In this document: in pieces, positions 26,279-46,425 of the stretch | Numbering within the stretch: the first letter of the stretch is position 1 | Layout of the letters: every line of letters starts with the position of its first letter | Assembly: GCF_009914755.1 (NCBI RefSeq) | Contig: NC_060935.1 | From: the human T2T-CHM13v2.0 reference genome, Homo sapiens | Length of the DNA: 64,000 nucleotides | Direction: 5' to 3' (one strand) | Notes under the pieces: generated by a model | Told to the model about the DNA's origin: nothing | Database searches by the model: none | What the model saw: the letters and a program-made list of their open reading frames with translations, nothing else | Made by a program: the position numbers and the translations under genes

Positions 26279-28712
26279 GGGCCCCATTATTTGCTCCCAC
26301 CCAAAAGGCAGGGCCTCTGATGCTAAATGAAACTGAACCACTTTGGGCAATGCAAGAATATGCTCCTCTGCTTGTGTGTGCCAGAGAAGCAGCTTCCCTT
26401 CAGAGCTGCTTTCATCTGCTCCATGCAAGACGCCAAGCGGTCTCCGCAGTGAGAGTCACTGTGGGCCCAGGAAACCTGATCTGCCAACAGAACGTTAACT
26501 AGAGGATGTTCAGCACAGGCCTTGCCCTGCTGCGCTGCCAGGCATTTGGATGACTTCGTGGGGAGAGAGCTGCTGTATGGGCAGGGTCCTAAAATGAGAA
26601 TTAAGTTGACATTGCCAGTGTGAGTCCGTATCTGTGAAAGCAACATTTTTTTTCTTTTTTTTTGTCCTTGATAATAAAACAAATTTCTCTAAGTGGTTAC
26701 AACAAACCAAAACAATTCTTGGGAGATAAGTCTTCTCCATAAGCCGTGTGGATTTGACTGAAAATAGTAATGTCCCTTTGGCATACCAAGAGAGCAAAAA
26801 TGAGAGAAAGATACATAGAAAAGAGTAAAAAAAATAGGGAAGAAGAGAATGAAAGACTAATAGAGCAATTCATTCAACAATATTATTTAATCATTACTAA
26901 CATTTATTGACCATTTACATGATAGGCAAAGTGCTAAACCCTTTAAGTTAATTTAAGCATCTACTTCACAAACCAACCCAATACTATTATCTCAATTTTA
27001 TAGACAAAGAGAATTTAAAATCAGAGAAGTTGAGAAACTTGATCAGATAATAAGAGGCCAAAGCAGAATACAAATTCTGGTCAGTCTTACTCCAGGGAGC
27101 TCTTAACCTACATGGTACCTAAAATAAACACATTATTGGTATTCTGGGTTATGAAAACAAACCAAAACAATTCTCTCCTCTGGCAGATCAGATGCCATGT
27201 CATCTTCACAGGTTCCATCATGACAGAATCACCCACAAGCTAGGTTAGTACAAAATGGGCCAGGCAAATAGATGGTGCAAAGACCAAGAACTAGCTTTAA
27301 GGGGAGACGGCAAGTTGGATGGATTAATGAGGCAGGGACATGAGAACACTAAATGGGGAGCGTTGTCTTATTCATAATTTTGCTGGTGAGGATTAAATAC
27401 ACTGTGGTAGAGCAAACTTATTTATATACTCTAGTTGTTGCAAGGTGATGAAGACTATGATGGAAGGCTTGAAACAGAAGGCTTCCCGAATCAAGGATCA
27501 AAGATAAGAGGAGATAGGTAAAAATTTAAGGAACCAGATCATCAGACTCTTCAGGCTGATCCTATGAAGGAGGGAAAGCCATTTGTCCCTGAAACCCTGC
27601 ATGTGACACCAAAGAACAGAACATGGCAAAACAATCCTTTCCAGCTCTGTGGTGAGCAATGGCATAGAAGAAACTGAGTCATGGATTCTTTCTGACCACA
27701 TAAAGCTGCTTTGAGCTGGTGGAAACAGAAGACATCTGTGTACCAGAAGGCACAGAAAGGCTTTCTTGCAGGCAAGAAAGTGCATGCTGCTTACAGGTGC
27801 TCAGAAGAAGGGGATGATCTAGTTTCTTATGTACTTGGTCCAGTCAATGGTAGGTGTGTTCAAAGGTAATTCTAAAGCACCCAGCCCAAGAGTTCTATAT
27901 TTTCAATAATTTAAACAAACTTCTTAAAAATGTTTACTTCTTAGTAATGAATTGCTTCTGGCACAATTCTCACTTCAAAGAGGGTTCTATTTTTTCTAAA
28001 TTTCAAAATCTAAAAAGGAAACAAAAATAAATTGGCGATTAAATCTCTGAAACATGTTTCTATGGAAAATGAATTACTTGACAAAAACCTTTTAAAAGTT
28101 AAATGACATTAAAGTCTTAAAGTTTTCAGAACAAGGATGCTATGCAATACACTGCTTGATGCTGTTATCCACTCACTTTGTCCAGCTCGGGTACCAGCCC
28201 TGGGGGAGAAGTGATGCTATTATAGCAAACAGAACAAGACCAATGGATGGCCTGCAACAGCAATCTCAGGATGGAGCCACATGGCTTTGATAAGAGTCTA
28301 TCCCTGTATTTTAGATGTTCTGGATTTAAAAAATGTTTGTCTCAGAGCACCTCTTTAATGCTGCCTGCCTTTTCCTAAAAGACAAACTGCACACAAAACA
28401 TGCTGTTTTTCCTCATGAAAAGAAAATAAAGTCTGTTATAATGTCCTGATCTTGTTATAACATGGACAGAACAGTGTGACTATCTTGCAGTGCTATGATC
28501 CCTGCAGAAATAATTAAAAAGTAAATCAATAAGAAACCAGGGGTGTTTTCTGCCAAGATACCTTCTTTTGCTAAGAAGCCAGCCAGAGTTAGGAATCTTC
28601 ACTCTGCTTGTGGACTAAGCCCTAAAAATGATGTTTTATTAATACGCTCAAGAAACACTGTCAATGTCAACTGCCAGCTAAGATCAAACCTATTTATTTA
28701 ACATAGTCACTA

Positions 28713-29228
<516 letters not shown>

Positions 29229-29307
29229 TTATTCTATACATTAAATTTTGACATATTACTGCTATAATAGAAATAAACATTTCTAAATACCAAGTTAAAG
29301 GACTAGT

Positions 29308-29885
29308 TATTTATTTTTATTTTGAAATGGAGTCTCATTCTGTTGGCCAGGCTGGGTGCAATCATAGCTCACTGTAGCCTCGAACCCCTGGGCTCAAGTG
29401 ATCCTCCTGCCTCAGCTTCTCCAGTAGCTGAGACCACAGGCACACACCACCACATCTGGCTTTTTTTTTTTTTTTTTTGATGGAGTCTCGCTCTGTCGCC
29501 CAGGCTGGAGTGTAGCAGTGCGATCTCGGCTCACTGCAACCTCGCCTCCCGGGTTCAAATGATTATCCTGCCTCATAAACGATAATATGCCTCCTGAGTT
29601 GCTGGGACTACAGGTGCATGCCACCACGCCCAGCTAATTTTTTGTATTTTTAGTAGAGGTGGGGTTTCACCGTGTTAGCCAGGATGGTCTTGATCTCCTG
29701 ACCTCGTGATCTGCCCATCTCGGCCTCCCAAAGTGACATCTGGCTATTTTTTTTATTTTTATTTTTTAGAGACAGGGTCTTGCTATGTTGCCCAGGCTGG
29801 CCACCTTGATCTCCCGGCCTCAAACAATCTTCCCATCTCAGCCTCCTGAGTTGTTGGGATTACAGGTGCATGCCACCAAGCCTGA
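29308..29885 (-). mobile_element. AluJ with a nested AluSc-like element (29461-29735)
   Basis: TSD acatctggct flanks the inner Alu at the AluJ linker. Confidence 0.9.
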
Positions 29886-32200
29886 CAAGGATGTAGTCAA
29901 TGCCACAGTTTTACACAAACAAAGAAAATACACAACCTTGGAACTTAACCTATGACAGCACTGACTGCAGTAAGATCCGACTCATAAAAAATAAGCATTG
30001 AGATTAGCTTCTCTTGACACAATGGCACTAAGAAAAAACTGTCATGTTTTGAAACATTTATTTTCAGTTGCTCGGGGGAAGAAAAATGGAAGTCCCACAC
30101 TTCAGTAAAATTTCAAAAATGATATTCCAACAGTAAGATATCAGAAAAGAAGGTGGAGAATTATCCATTTAACTATAAATTCCAACCCTAGTGGTTTCTG
30201 CAAATTATTGTAATCAGAATATCCTGGAATAGAAATAAAGTTCTTTATATCTCTAAATTCTGTGAGACACTTTCAGTGACTGAACATAGAGGCCATAGGG
30301 AGATGGCCTGGAACACTTTCGCAAAGAGATGGAGCCCATAAGAAAAGTTTCTTTAGGAATCAATAAACATGCACTGAGAGGCTTTTCTCTTCAGTTTTAC
30401 CAAGTTTATCAACCCGAGACAGACCACAAAGAAAAGGTTTTGACCCATGTATATCCATTTATTAGAAAAATGACACCTATTTCTTGAACTTCCTTACTTT
30501 CGATCAGTTTTTCTAGGTGGGCATGATGCTGCCAGAATTAAAATTCAGAAATCAGGAAATCCTGGCCTAAAGGGTAGGGATGCCAAGATTTAGCTCTAGC
30601 CCAACCCTGAAAAGATCCTGGCTTGCTATACTGTTTTACAGGAGGCTGTCCATCTTGTGGTTTACATTCTAGTATCTTTTGACTCCTAGTATCAGTCATT
30701 ACAGTTTAAGAAAATTCTGCCTCCAGGTCCAATACAGAGTTCCTGCTACTCGTTTTTCAGTAAGTAATCCCGATGCAGACAAATATATCCATTCTATGAC
30801 TCTCTTGATTCTTGGACTAACTTACTATGTATTTATTGAGAATGAAAATACAAACACATATGGTTAGATGGTCTCTGAAGCCAGACTGCCTGGGTTCAAA
30901 TCTCAGCTTTGCCACTTACTAGATGTGCATCTTGGGCATGTTACTTAACCTTATCATGCCTCAGTTTTCTTATTTATCAAATAACCTCTCATACAGTTTA
31001 CCTCATAAAACAGCTTACCTCAGACAGTTGTTCTGAACATTAAATAAGGTAATGCAACAGTGCCTGGTACATAGAAAGTGGTCAATAAATGTTGACTATT
31101 ATCCATATCTCTGAAGTCCTTCCACTTGGAATGTCCTTCTTTTATTTTTCTATTTAGGGTTGCCATAAGCCAGGAGACAGCTGGTTTGAAAAGGCTAATA
31201 ATAAATAGGGCAGTACCACTATTTATCTACTGGTTTTTAGTTATGTTAGGTCATGGGAATGAACACGGCTGGCCTGTTTCACTCTGAAGTAGTTCTTAAC
31301 CTCTTTTCTGACATCAGCTGTGATTTCTACATTCACTGACATGAAAGCACTACATAGATTTTTCTCTCTGGCGGTGCAGTGTGTCTCAAAAGGTATGAGA
31401 AAACTGCTTTGAGGACTCTGAGCCCCTCGGTATATGGAGACTTGGTGGGTGAGCCAATTTAATCCCTTGCCCCATTGGTTCTAAACAAAGTGCTTTTAGC
31501 CAAGCAAGATGCTGTGTGGTTCTTGATGAGTAAGCCTATCAGGGCAGAGTTGTTTGCCTCTAAGTAGAAGCTTTTTGGCAGTAGCTGCAGGTTACATTCT
31601 CCATCAGAAGCATTATGTAAGCCTGGGTTTTGCGTTCCCAGTAATAAAATGCTCATGCAGTATTACAATTAATTAAGTCACAATGAAGTCTAATCAATAA
31701 AGACTCAAAAATATTGTCCACAAGAGATCTCTATGCCTTCACTAACGCTGCAGTTTTTTCACTGTAAATTAATTTTCCTTCAGTTAAATAAACGATCTTA
31801 GTATGTCTGCTAGCAGGTGGTACAACAGGGGAATAGGGTAAACTAGGCTTTAAGTATGTTGTTAAAAAAAATATATTGAATGAATCTGGTGCTCAAAAAA
31901 TTTAAGTTATTTGCATCCATCGGTGGAAGGGCAGATCAGAGGAAATATTTGCCAACACATGAAGCCAGGCCAGGTTTCACCTTCCACAACAGCTCAAGAA
32001 AACAGCAAGTTTCAACTTTTAATCCTTCTATAATTTAGACTCAGGGTTTTATCAAACTGCTCTTTGGGATGCTCTGAGAAGTTTAATCCAAAAACACTGG
32101 CCTGGATCAAACTTATTTTACTTAAGGAATAGGAAGCAAACTCTACAGTAGATCAAAACACCCTTTTACACCTAAAAGTCATTTGACTTGGTCACCTTCA

Positions 32201-32738
<538 letters not shown>

Positions 32739-34373
32739 CAAGAGTCTGATATAAGATTCCATAGTTAAGTAGTGATGACTCAGTTTTTCATTCAAAAACA
32801 CTTACTGAATGCTTATGTCTTACCAGGGGCTGTCAGGTTTTATGGAAGGTATTGAGTGTAAAACACAGCTCTGATAATCAAGAGGCTTACATTCTAGTGG
32901 GGAGAGGAGGAAGACACATACATAATTATAAAAACTAGGTGGTATACAATCAACCTAGCCTCAAATAAATCCTCTTTTAAATGTATGCCACTGTCATTCC
33001 AACTTGAAAATATATGTCTTTAGTACATCTCAGGATGCCTATGAAAGGAAACTTGTGTCAAACAAACAACACCAGGCATAGAAATATACATGAATTGTGA
33101 GGATACTTCATTCCACACATTACTGACAATAGAGAGCAGCTTAGAATTCTTGAGCTAACTATATCCATTTGCAGAGCATGGCCTCCCACACAGCTGTATG
33201 TAGCTACTCTGGAATTCAACTTGGCTAGAAGCAGCTACATGGTAGAGGCTTTGCCCTCTGGTCTTCCAAGTGATCATTTAGAACACTATACCAGCTCTGC
33301 TGGAGTTTCTAGACCCTTCAGGAAGAAAAACAGATAAACTCAGCTCAAGCCTATGACAACAGCTGAGAAAAGGAAGGATCTTGTGCATAAGGAATTCTCT
33401 CAATCACGCTATCTCCCGTAATACAGCAATAGCAGCTGGCCTCACAGGCTGAAAAGCAGCCAGCACTCGCCTCCATCAGAAGACTATGCTCCAGGTCTAC
33501 TGAGATACAACTGTGCCCAGAAACACGAGGCGTAAGCAGAAAAAGGACTCTGGGACAGACTCTAAACTTCCTTCACCTGACACTTTCTGGTACTTGAAGG
33601 TTGTCTAAGCTAAGAAAAGCCTAAATAACCGATGAATTCATTTTCTGCTATGCCTTATCCTTTTGAAGTATTCTCTAATGGGCCTTGGGATTTAGGCCTA
33701 TGACATTCAGCAATGCCAAGCACATGTATATTACCAAGGGCCAGAGAGATCATATTGGTAATATAGCAAGTATCTACTGACTTCCTACCCTGGTTGTTTC
33801 TCATTCTCTGTACTAATCATACAAAAACTTGTATTGCTACTTAGGGAATTATTTAACTGGGATTAAAGAGCGACTACGTTTAGGATAATCCTGTTGGCTT
33901 TCTCTGAGTCTTGAAGCTTTCAGGTTAACTAACATCATATTACAAATAATAGTTCTAAGCAGTTAGACTGTTAGTTTATTTCTAAGCACTAATAGACAGT
34001 GTGGCTGACAGCATGCTTAGCTGTTTTCTAGGACCCCCTATCTGAAGCCGGCTCCGGGAAGGGTTCAGTAAGAATCTCTTGCCATGGTGTGAGGTGATGG
34101 GGGTGGAGGATAGAAAAGATCCAAGTTGCTCACAGGAAACACTGTGGACATTGGAAAAGTAAAGGAAGTGGTTTATCTTGCTCTTTTTGCAACAGTATGG
34201 TGTAGTAAAACAAACACTAAATTTGAATACTGACCTAGTTACTTATTACCTGTGTGGCTTTGGCAAGTTAACTCATTTCTCTAAACTTCAGCTTCCAAAA
34301 CTTCATCAGCAAGATGATAAAATATGTGCTATTACCTATTCTAAAATATAGTTATGTAGCTCAAATTAGATTA

Positions 34374-35012
<639 letters not shown>

Positions 35013-36156
35013 ACCTATTAAAAAAGAAATTATTTTATAAACTCAAAAGCCCTAAACAAATGTAATTATTTGATATTACTACTGATACTATGATTTGGAT
35101 AAGACTACTCTCCAGAGGGGCTTTTGGAGTCAGTGTTCGAACAACCCTATGCATTAATTCATTCAACAAATATTTACTGAGTGCCTACTAGAACTCAGGC
35201 ACCGTCCAAAGCCCTGGGAACATAACAGTAAACAAAAACCAAATGCTTATTATGGTCAAGTGGTGATAGGAGGTGAGGAGACAATAAAGTAAGTGCTATG
35301 AAGAAAAAGCAGAATTACAGAAAGAGAATGATGGGGGTAGCCAGGACAGGCCTCTCTGAGGGGACCTATGACTCCTCTCTGAGGGGAATGTATGTGTTTG
35401 GCAAGTCTGAGAAACAGCAAGGAAGGCCCTGTGACTGGAGCTCAGAACCGGAGGTGAACAGTAACAGGAAATGAGACCAAAGAAGGGGCAATGACAGCTG
35501 TGCCTTGTAGGCCATAGTAATAATGACTCCTTGAATTTTATTCTGAATGTAAACAAATGCCACTGGGGATGGGGTGGTTCTGATTCAGATTTCATATTTA
35601 CTAAGTCCTACTACACACCAGATCCTGTGGTAGGTTATTGACAGTTGTGAAAAAGACATGTTTCGTCTGTACTTTCACTAAGTTCAGTCTGGTGTGGAAG
35701 ACATACAATGAAAGAAGTAGTTACAATATAAAGCTTGGTAAGCACCACGATAAGAGAAAGTTTAGAGACATGAAGAGTGAATAGAAATTATCTAGATTCT
35801 TATTTCTATCCAATCTAATTTTTTTTATTCTGAATTCTAGAATACAGGAGTGGGTGGAGTGGGGTGGGATAGGGAAGATGTATTCTCGGCAGTGGGAAAT
35901 GCTCCAGAAAACAGAACTTGTTCAGGGAACGAGAAGAAAATTAGGGTGACTGGTGGGAGAGTGGGAGCTGGGGCTGAAGAGCTAGGCAGGAGTCAGGTTA
36001 TAAAGGTATTTCTATGTCATTGTTTCTGAAATAGCAGATAGGAGATCAATTTAGTAAGTCGAAATCAGCATTTTTTAAAATGGAATAGAATAAAATATAT
36101 TGAAATGCACTGTACATAGTAAGGTAAGTTTTGCTTTTTTAAAAAAATTGTTTGCT

Positions 36157-36570
36157 GGCTGGGCGCAGTGGCTCATGGAGGTCAAGGAGGGAGGATCGCT
36201 TAAGGTTAGGAATTCAAGACCAGCTTGGTCAACAGAGAGAGAGTCCATCTCTATAAAAAAATGTTTAAAAATTAGACGGGCATGATGGTGCTTGGTGCTT
36301 GCCTGTAGTCCCAGCTACTTGGGAGGCTGAGGTGGGAGGACTGCCTGAGCCCAGGAACTGGAGATTGCAGGAAGCTATGATCACATCACTGCACTCCAGC
36401 CTGGGTGACAGAGCGAGACTCCGTCTCAAAAAAAAGTCTTTTGTTTTCAGTCATGGTGGTATACGCCTCTAGTCTCAGCTACTTGGGAGACTGAGGCAGG
36501 AGGGTCACTTGAACCCAGGAGTTCGAGTTCAGTCTGGACAAAATAGCAAGACCCCATCTCTAAATCAAGC
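36157..36570 (+). mobile_element. AluJ with an internal deletion, followed by a FLAM-like monomer
   Basis: gctgggcgcagtggctcat jumps directly to ggaggtcaagg; second monomer at about 36446-36570. Confidence 0.8.
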
Positions 36571-37477
36571 AAACAAAGCTTTTGTTCATTTGTATCTATA
36601 TATGCGTGTTCTGGGTCACAGTATAAAATGTACTTTTTTCTTATCATAGCCAAAAATGTTTGTAAGCCAATGCTTTGCCACCTTATGGAGTAAACTTTAC
36701 CTTAGAGGCAATGGTAAACCACTGAAAAGTTTCAGGCTAGAAAATGATATAATCAGATTTGTGTGTTTAAGTAAGAGAGAGAGAAAGAGAGAGAAAATGT
36801 ACGTGTATGTGTGTGTGTGGTATGTTTTATTTATTTATATGTTTGTGTTCTGGAAAGATTAGTCATGTAGCAAAGTTGACAATAGATTAGAGGGGGACAA
36901 GACTGGAGCCAGGAATCCATATAATTGGCTATTGTTTAATTGAGGCAAGGGAAGATGATAGTATGGTCTTAGAAGTGGCTACATGAATGGAGGGTTGAAT
37001 TGACAGGATTTGGTAACTGATCAGCTGTGGCACTGGTGAGAGAGGAAACATCAAGGCTTGTGCTGGCCTTGGTCAGATGGTGATGCTATTCACTAAGGCA
37101 GCAAATACAGAATAGAGCAAATCTAGGGAGGGGGAAGTCAAGTTCATTTCTGAATATGTCTCCATTGATCTGACTTCAATACATGAAAGTGAAGATAATG
37201 GTTAGCAAATACTTGGATATGTCGCCCTAGATCGAGAGGTCTGGGACAAAAAGTTAACTGAGGACTGATCACCACAGTGATCAGTGAAGCTACAGCAGTA
37301 AATAACATGGCTCCAGAAAGATGTTGTAAAGATGAAAAGATCTAAAGGATGAGCAGAGAAAAATAAGTCTGGTAGAGAAGATGGAGAAGGTGCTTCCAGA
37401 GGACAGGAGGAAAACTGGAGAATATGGCATCTCAGAAGCAATGAGAAAAAGTGTTTTAAAATGTAATGAGTGACTCA

Positions 37478-38502
37478 ACAATAAGAAAATAAAACAACCT
37501 GAAGTTAAAAACGACCAATAGACCTGAAGAGACACCTCAACAAAGATATATAGATGGCAAATAAGCATAAGAAAAGATGCTCATCCTCATACATCATTAG
37601 AGAATTAAAAATTAAAACAACAATGAAATATCACTATATACCTATTAGAGTGGCCAAAATCCAAAATGCTGACACCACCAAATGCTGACAAGGATGTGGC
37701 GCAGCAGAAGCTCTCACTCATTGCTGGCAGGAATGCAAAATAGCATAGCCACTTTGGAAGACAGTTTGGCAGTTTCCTACAAAACTATCCATGCTCTTAC
37801 CATATGATCCAGGAATTGTGCTCCTTAGTGTTTAACCAAATGAATTAAAAATTTATGTCCACACAAAAACCTGCACAAAGATGTTACAGTAGCTTTATTC
37901 ATAATTGTCAAAATTTGGAAGCAACCAAGTCATCCGTAGGTGAAAGGATAAAGGGTGGTACATCCAGGCAAGGAAATATTATTCAGTGCTAAAAAGAAAC
38001 GGGCTCTCAAGCCATGAAGAGACATGGAGGAACCTTATTGCATATTACTATTTGAAAAACACCAATCTGAAAAGGCTGCATCCTGTATGTTTCTACCCAT
38101 ATGACATTCTGGAAAAGGAAAAACTTGTGGAGACAGTGAAAGGATCAGTAGTTGCAGGGGGTTAGGGAGAAATGGATAAACAGGCAGAGCACAGAGGATT
38201 TGGGGGCAGTGAAACAATTTTATATGTATTATAGTGGTGAATACATGTCACTATACATTTACCAAAACCCACAGAATGTGTAACACTGAGAGAAAACCCA
38301 AATGTAAGCTATGGACTTTGGGTGATAATGTGTCAATGCATGTTCATTGATTGTAACAAACATACCACTCTGGTGGGGCACATTGATTATGACAGGGGTC
38401 AGCAGGGGAGGGAGGTAGGACAGCACAGAGGGTACATGCAAACTGTGTACCTTCCACTCAATACTGCTGTGAATCTAAAGCTGCTCTAACATATAACTCT
38501 AA
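37478..38502 (+). mobile_element. Old L1 3' end (L1MC-like)
   Basis: ORF2 C-terminal relic (gatggcaaataagcat...gccactttggaagacagtttggcagtt) plus an L1MC-type 3' UTR (ctatggactttgggtgataatg). Confidence 0.85.
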
Positions 38503-38505
38503 AGA

Positions 38506-38787
38506 GACAGGGCACAGTAGCTCACACCAATAGTCCCAGCACTTTGGGAGGCCAAGGCAGGCAGATCGCCTGAACTCAAGAGTTTGAGATCAGCCTGGAC
38601 AACATGGCAAAACCCCATCTCTACCAAAAAAAAAAATTAGTCAGGCATAGTGGTGTGTGCCTGCAGCTCCAGCTATTTGGGAGGCTAAGGGAGGATCACT
38701 TGAGCCTGGGAGGTCCAGCTGCAGTGAGCCACGATCACACCACTGCATTCCAACCTGAGCAACAGAGCAAGACCCAGTCCCAAAAAA
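38506..38787 (+). mobile_element. AluJ-like with a G-rich derived tail
   Basis: Diverged Alu dimer. Confidence 0.85.
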
Positions 38788-41337
38788 GGGAGTTAGGGAG
38801 GAAGGGAGGAAAGGAGAGAGGGAGGGAGGGGAAGGGTGAAGTGTTAATCACTGCTGGGCAGTGATTAAGAAAAAGACTAAGGATATGCAGTTGATCAATA
38901 ACGAGATCACTGGTGACCCTGGCCAGAGCAATACTGGACCACTTCTCTGCTTCCTTTTATAGTAAACTGGAAAGAGCGTGTCGTCTATTTTCCTTCTATT
39001 CCTTTTTTGTTGCAACCACATGATTAAGCTTTTGCTCCTGTTCCTCTGCCAAAAGTGTACTTCAGAATCATTAATGATCTAGGAAGGTGAGGGTGTGGGG
39101 GGATAAAAAAGAAACAAAATCATTAACGATCTCCACATTTCTAAATGCAACATTCAGTTCTCAGTCCTCTTACCTGACTTGGCAGCAGCATTCACTCCCC
39201 ACAGCTCCTCACTCCCTCCTCCCTCCTCCTGGGAACAGTCTCTTCACTTGTCTCCTAGGACAGCAGGCCCTCTGGCTTACCTCACCAGCAACTCTTATGA
39301 TACCTCTTCACCTGCTTGTTCTCTAAATAGCGGTATGTTCCAGAGTTTAATTCATGGACCTCTTCTCTTCTCTGTAACCACTGCCTAAAAAGTGAGCTCA
39401 CCTCATGGCTTTAACTATTATCTATACACTGGGGATTCCAAACATACATCCCCAACCCAGAATTCTCTCCTAAATGCGACTGCCAATTCATATCTTAACT
39501 CTGATGTCTAATGTGCACCTCAAACATGACATGTCTAAAACATCTCTCCAAAATGTAAGTATTCTTCCCCAGTCATCCCCATCTCAGTTGGCAGTAAAAC
39601 CATCCTTCCATTTGCTCAGGATAGAAACTCTGGAGTCTTTCTTTCATATCAAATCCAACACTAAATGTTATTGGAGCCAAAATACCTGGGTTCAAATTCT
39701 ACTTCAGCCACTTGGTAGCAGTGTTATCTTGGGAAAATTGCCTAATCTCTCCTGGCTTCAGTTTTATCACCAGTAAAATGGAGACAATAATCTTGTGTAT
39801 CTCATAGGGTTGTTAAAATAATGAAGTGAGTTAATGTTTGTGAAGTGCTTTGAACAGTGCCTGCCACACATGGTAGGTAGCATCTCTTGAATCTGATCAC
39901 TTCTTACCATCTCCATCTCGACACCCCAGACTGGGAACCAGCCACCAACATCTCTTATCTGGACTATTGTAAAAGTCTCCTCCTAACTGGTGTCCCTCCT
40001 TCAGCCTTTGTACCTTTTAGCCTACCGGCAACATAGCAGCCAAAGTGATCTTTTTTAAACAAAAGTCACTGCAAAATTTTTCAATTTTTTTGTATGTTTG
40101 AAATTTTTCATCATAAAATTTGGAAAAAATAAAACTCAGATTACATCACTCCTGTCAAAACCCTCCAATCCTGTATACTTCAGTCACAGTAAAATCTAAA
40201 GTCTTTACATTAACTAGGCCCTAAAATTAAGCTCCCTCTTACCTCTCTGACCTCATCTCTCTTCCTCATCTCTCACCGCTCCTTCCTTCCAGGCACGCAG
40301 GCCTCCTTCCCGTTCCTTCACATGCAGCCATGCTCCATCCCCGCGGCCTCTGCGCTGACCCCTCAACAGCCAGGGGGTGCTCTTCCCCGGACTGCACAGC
40401 ATTCACCCTCACCTTCTTTCAGGCTTTGCTGAAAGGTCCCTTTCTCCATGAAGGGGTTTTCATGTAACTTACCAACCACTATCCTAACTCCTTCTCTATT
40501 TTATTTGTCCCACAGCATTTAGCACTATCTTCTACACTATGACGTTATCAGTTCAAAGGAGCCAAGTTAAATCTACTCCAAGGTTCACCTCTTTGTTCTA
40601 AAATGCAATTACCATGGGCTTCTACCTTGTTGTCAACCCAGTGGACACATGTTCTTCCTTAAAATGAAAACAGATGATTAAGCAAAACTATATGACTTTT
40701 TGCGTTCTCTAAAATGTTCCCTTCTTATGTGCAAATAAATGGTGATAAAATACTGTTAATTCTGAGTATCTTGTATCTATTTTCGGTGTTAAATTTTTCC
40801 AAGACCTGCCTACCTTACTGCCCACTCGTTAAATAAAATTTTTTAAATTTGATTCTGGAGGACAAAGAGCACAGAAATAGGAAATGAAGCAGTAGCAAGA
40901 CTAAGATGCAAAGCCTACTTTATCCTTGGCATTTAAAACCACATTGCAATGAGAACCCAATAAGTGGAAATATCCTGAAAAAGGGTAGGAAGACAGAAGT
41001 GAAACAAAAGCATTTATTGCATTACTGCTATGCCATGGGCCTACTGAGTCTTCACATACATTATCTCATTTAATCCTTACAGTAATAGCAGCCCTCACAA
41101 AACTCTCAGCCAATTTATAGATGAGGACACTAAAGCTGAGACAGACTTAGGGCCCAGATTCAAACCCAAGTAGGGCTCTCTGATGCCAAAACCTATATAC
41201 TGTTTCTACAGAACCTTGCCTCCTGGAGGCATCAGGTCAGCAAGCTGGAGTTAAAAAAGGTTGTAAGTGGGCCATTTATACTCCATCACTAAATTCCTGG
41301 GATAACTGAGTGGGTCTAACTTTCATGAACCCATTCA

Positions 41338-41649
<312 letters not shown>

Positions 41650-41688
41650 TTAATTTAGGGTAACATCCTGAATTTTTCTCAGTACTCA

Positions 41689-42455
<767 letters not shown>

Positions 42456-42716
42456 TTATTGTAACCTTTTATTATAACTGAGCAAACACTAGTCTCTAGT
42501 CACTAAAGATTCCAAATCATTGTCTGAATATTAAATGCAAAAAGAGAACATTTAGAAACCACATAGCCAGACACTTAAAACAATAATAGTGAAACAGAGA
42601 TATAGATGAGCTGAAATATAAACATGATCAGTTTATGTCAGCAAAAATAGTACTGCTCCCTTCATAAACCTAGGCAGAATAAAGCGAGTGGTACTTGTTC
42701 CTTTAAGAATGCAAAT

Positions 42717-43069
<353 letters not shown>

Positions 43070-43085
43070 TCAGCTGGACCCAGAA

Positions 43086-44599
<1,514 letters not shown>

Positions 44600-45967
44600 T
44601 TAAAAATTAGACAAAGTGACATTATTATAATTAAGTAGTTTATTCAAAAGGAAGAATATGCAACTTATTTACAAACTGAAGCAAGAATGCTTACATTTTA
44701 ATTTTAACTCTCCTTGTGCTTCAATTTTCCTCCCTTCTTCTCTCCCTCTCCTACTGCTACAAGACGCAGCAGATGGGAGGTAGCAGGGATGAGTCTTCAG
44801 GAGCTACACTAAGACAATGAGCAAGGATGGCTGGCCAAAGGATTGAGTCTCTGGTGTAGAAATGCTTTTATTTATGTATGTGTACCCATGTGACAGGCTA
44901 GAAATCCCTCGTGCCCCAGGGACACCATGCTCCCTGAAATCACAGCATCTGAAAATGTTAAGCACCCACCTACTCTCTGAAACCCGTCCCTCTCTTTTCC
45001 AGTTTTACTCTTGTTGACAACTCTCCTTTTGCTATTTGCTTTCCTTCTTTCTACCTTCTACAGAAGGTGTTTTTCAGCAGGCTCTGCTGATTTTAACTGC
45101 CTCTCCTTGCTCTATGTTTTCTCAGGGCTAACTCTTTTAATCTCGCTACTTCTACCAGCATTTGATATAAATACCCCAAATTTATATGTCTGGCCCTGGT
45201 ACCACTCTTAAGTTCTTGGCATGAATCCCCAATACTTGCTTGGGAAGAAACACCTCAAACCCACCATTTTCCAAAGTCATACCTGCGCTTTCAGTGCTTT
45301 TACCCTCATTAGTGACATCACCACCTGTGTTACTAGAAACACTGGAGTCATCTTCAAGTCCTTTCTCCCTCGTTTCCCATTTCAACCTGGTAATAAAACT
45401 CTTACTGCTTCAACTCCATGTGTCTTGACTCCACCTCCTCTTTTCTATTTCCATTTCTACCACTGCAGTTCATACTCTTATCATCCCTAGCTTGACTGAT
45501 GCTATTGCTTACTTCCTATTTCATTTTCCCCTAAGCTATCCATTCATAGCACAAAGTTACACAAACCAGATCCTGTTACCTCCTCGCTCAAAAAACATGG
45601 GCTGCCTCCCTTCTACTTACAGAAGAGTCTTCATCTCAGCATTGTCATTTAAGGCCCTTCACAACCCAGCTCCATCCTATGTTTCCAATTTATCCCTGGC
45701 CATGCTAGCATCACTAGACTATTCACATCCTGTGTTTACATGCCTTCCATATGCTATTTCCTCTCTGTACCATGCCTTTTCCTTTCTTTTCCATCTTTAA
45801 AGTATCACTCATTTTCAAGGCCCAGTCAAATATTACTTCCTGTATGAAGGCTTAACTGATTTCCACCAGAAAACACCATGTCAATGGCTTCCTCCTCCGT
45901 GCTTCCACAGCCTTTTGTTTACGCCTCTACATCCCATTACTGTTCTGTCATATACATATACATATAT

Positions 45968-46425
<458 letters not shown>

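Noticed and set aside
26290-26640. GC-richer unique block that might be an enhancer, plus scattered TGA(C/G)TCA motifs elsewhere
   Set aside because: The motifs are short and expected by chance, and there is no CpG island. The call cannot be supported without chromatin data.
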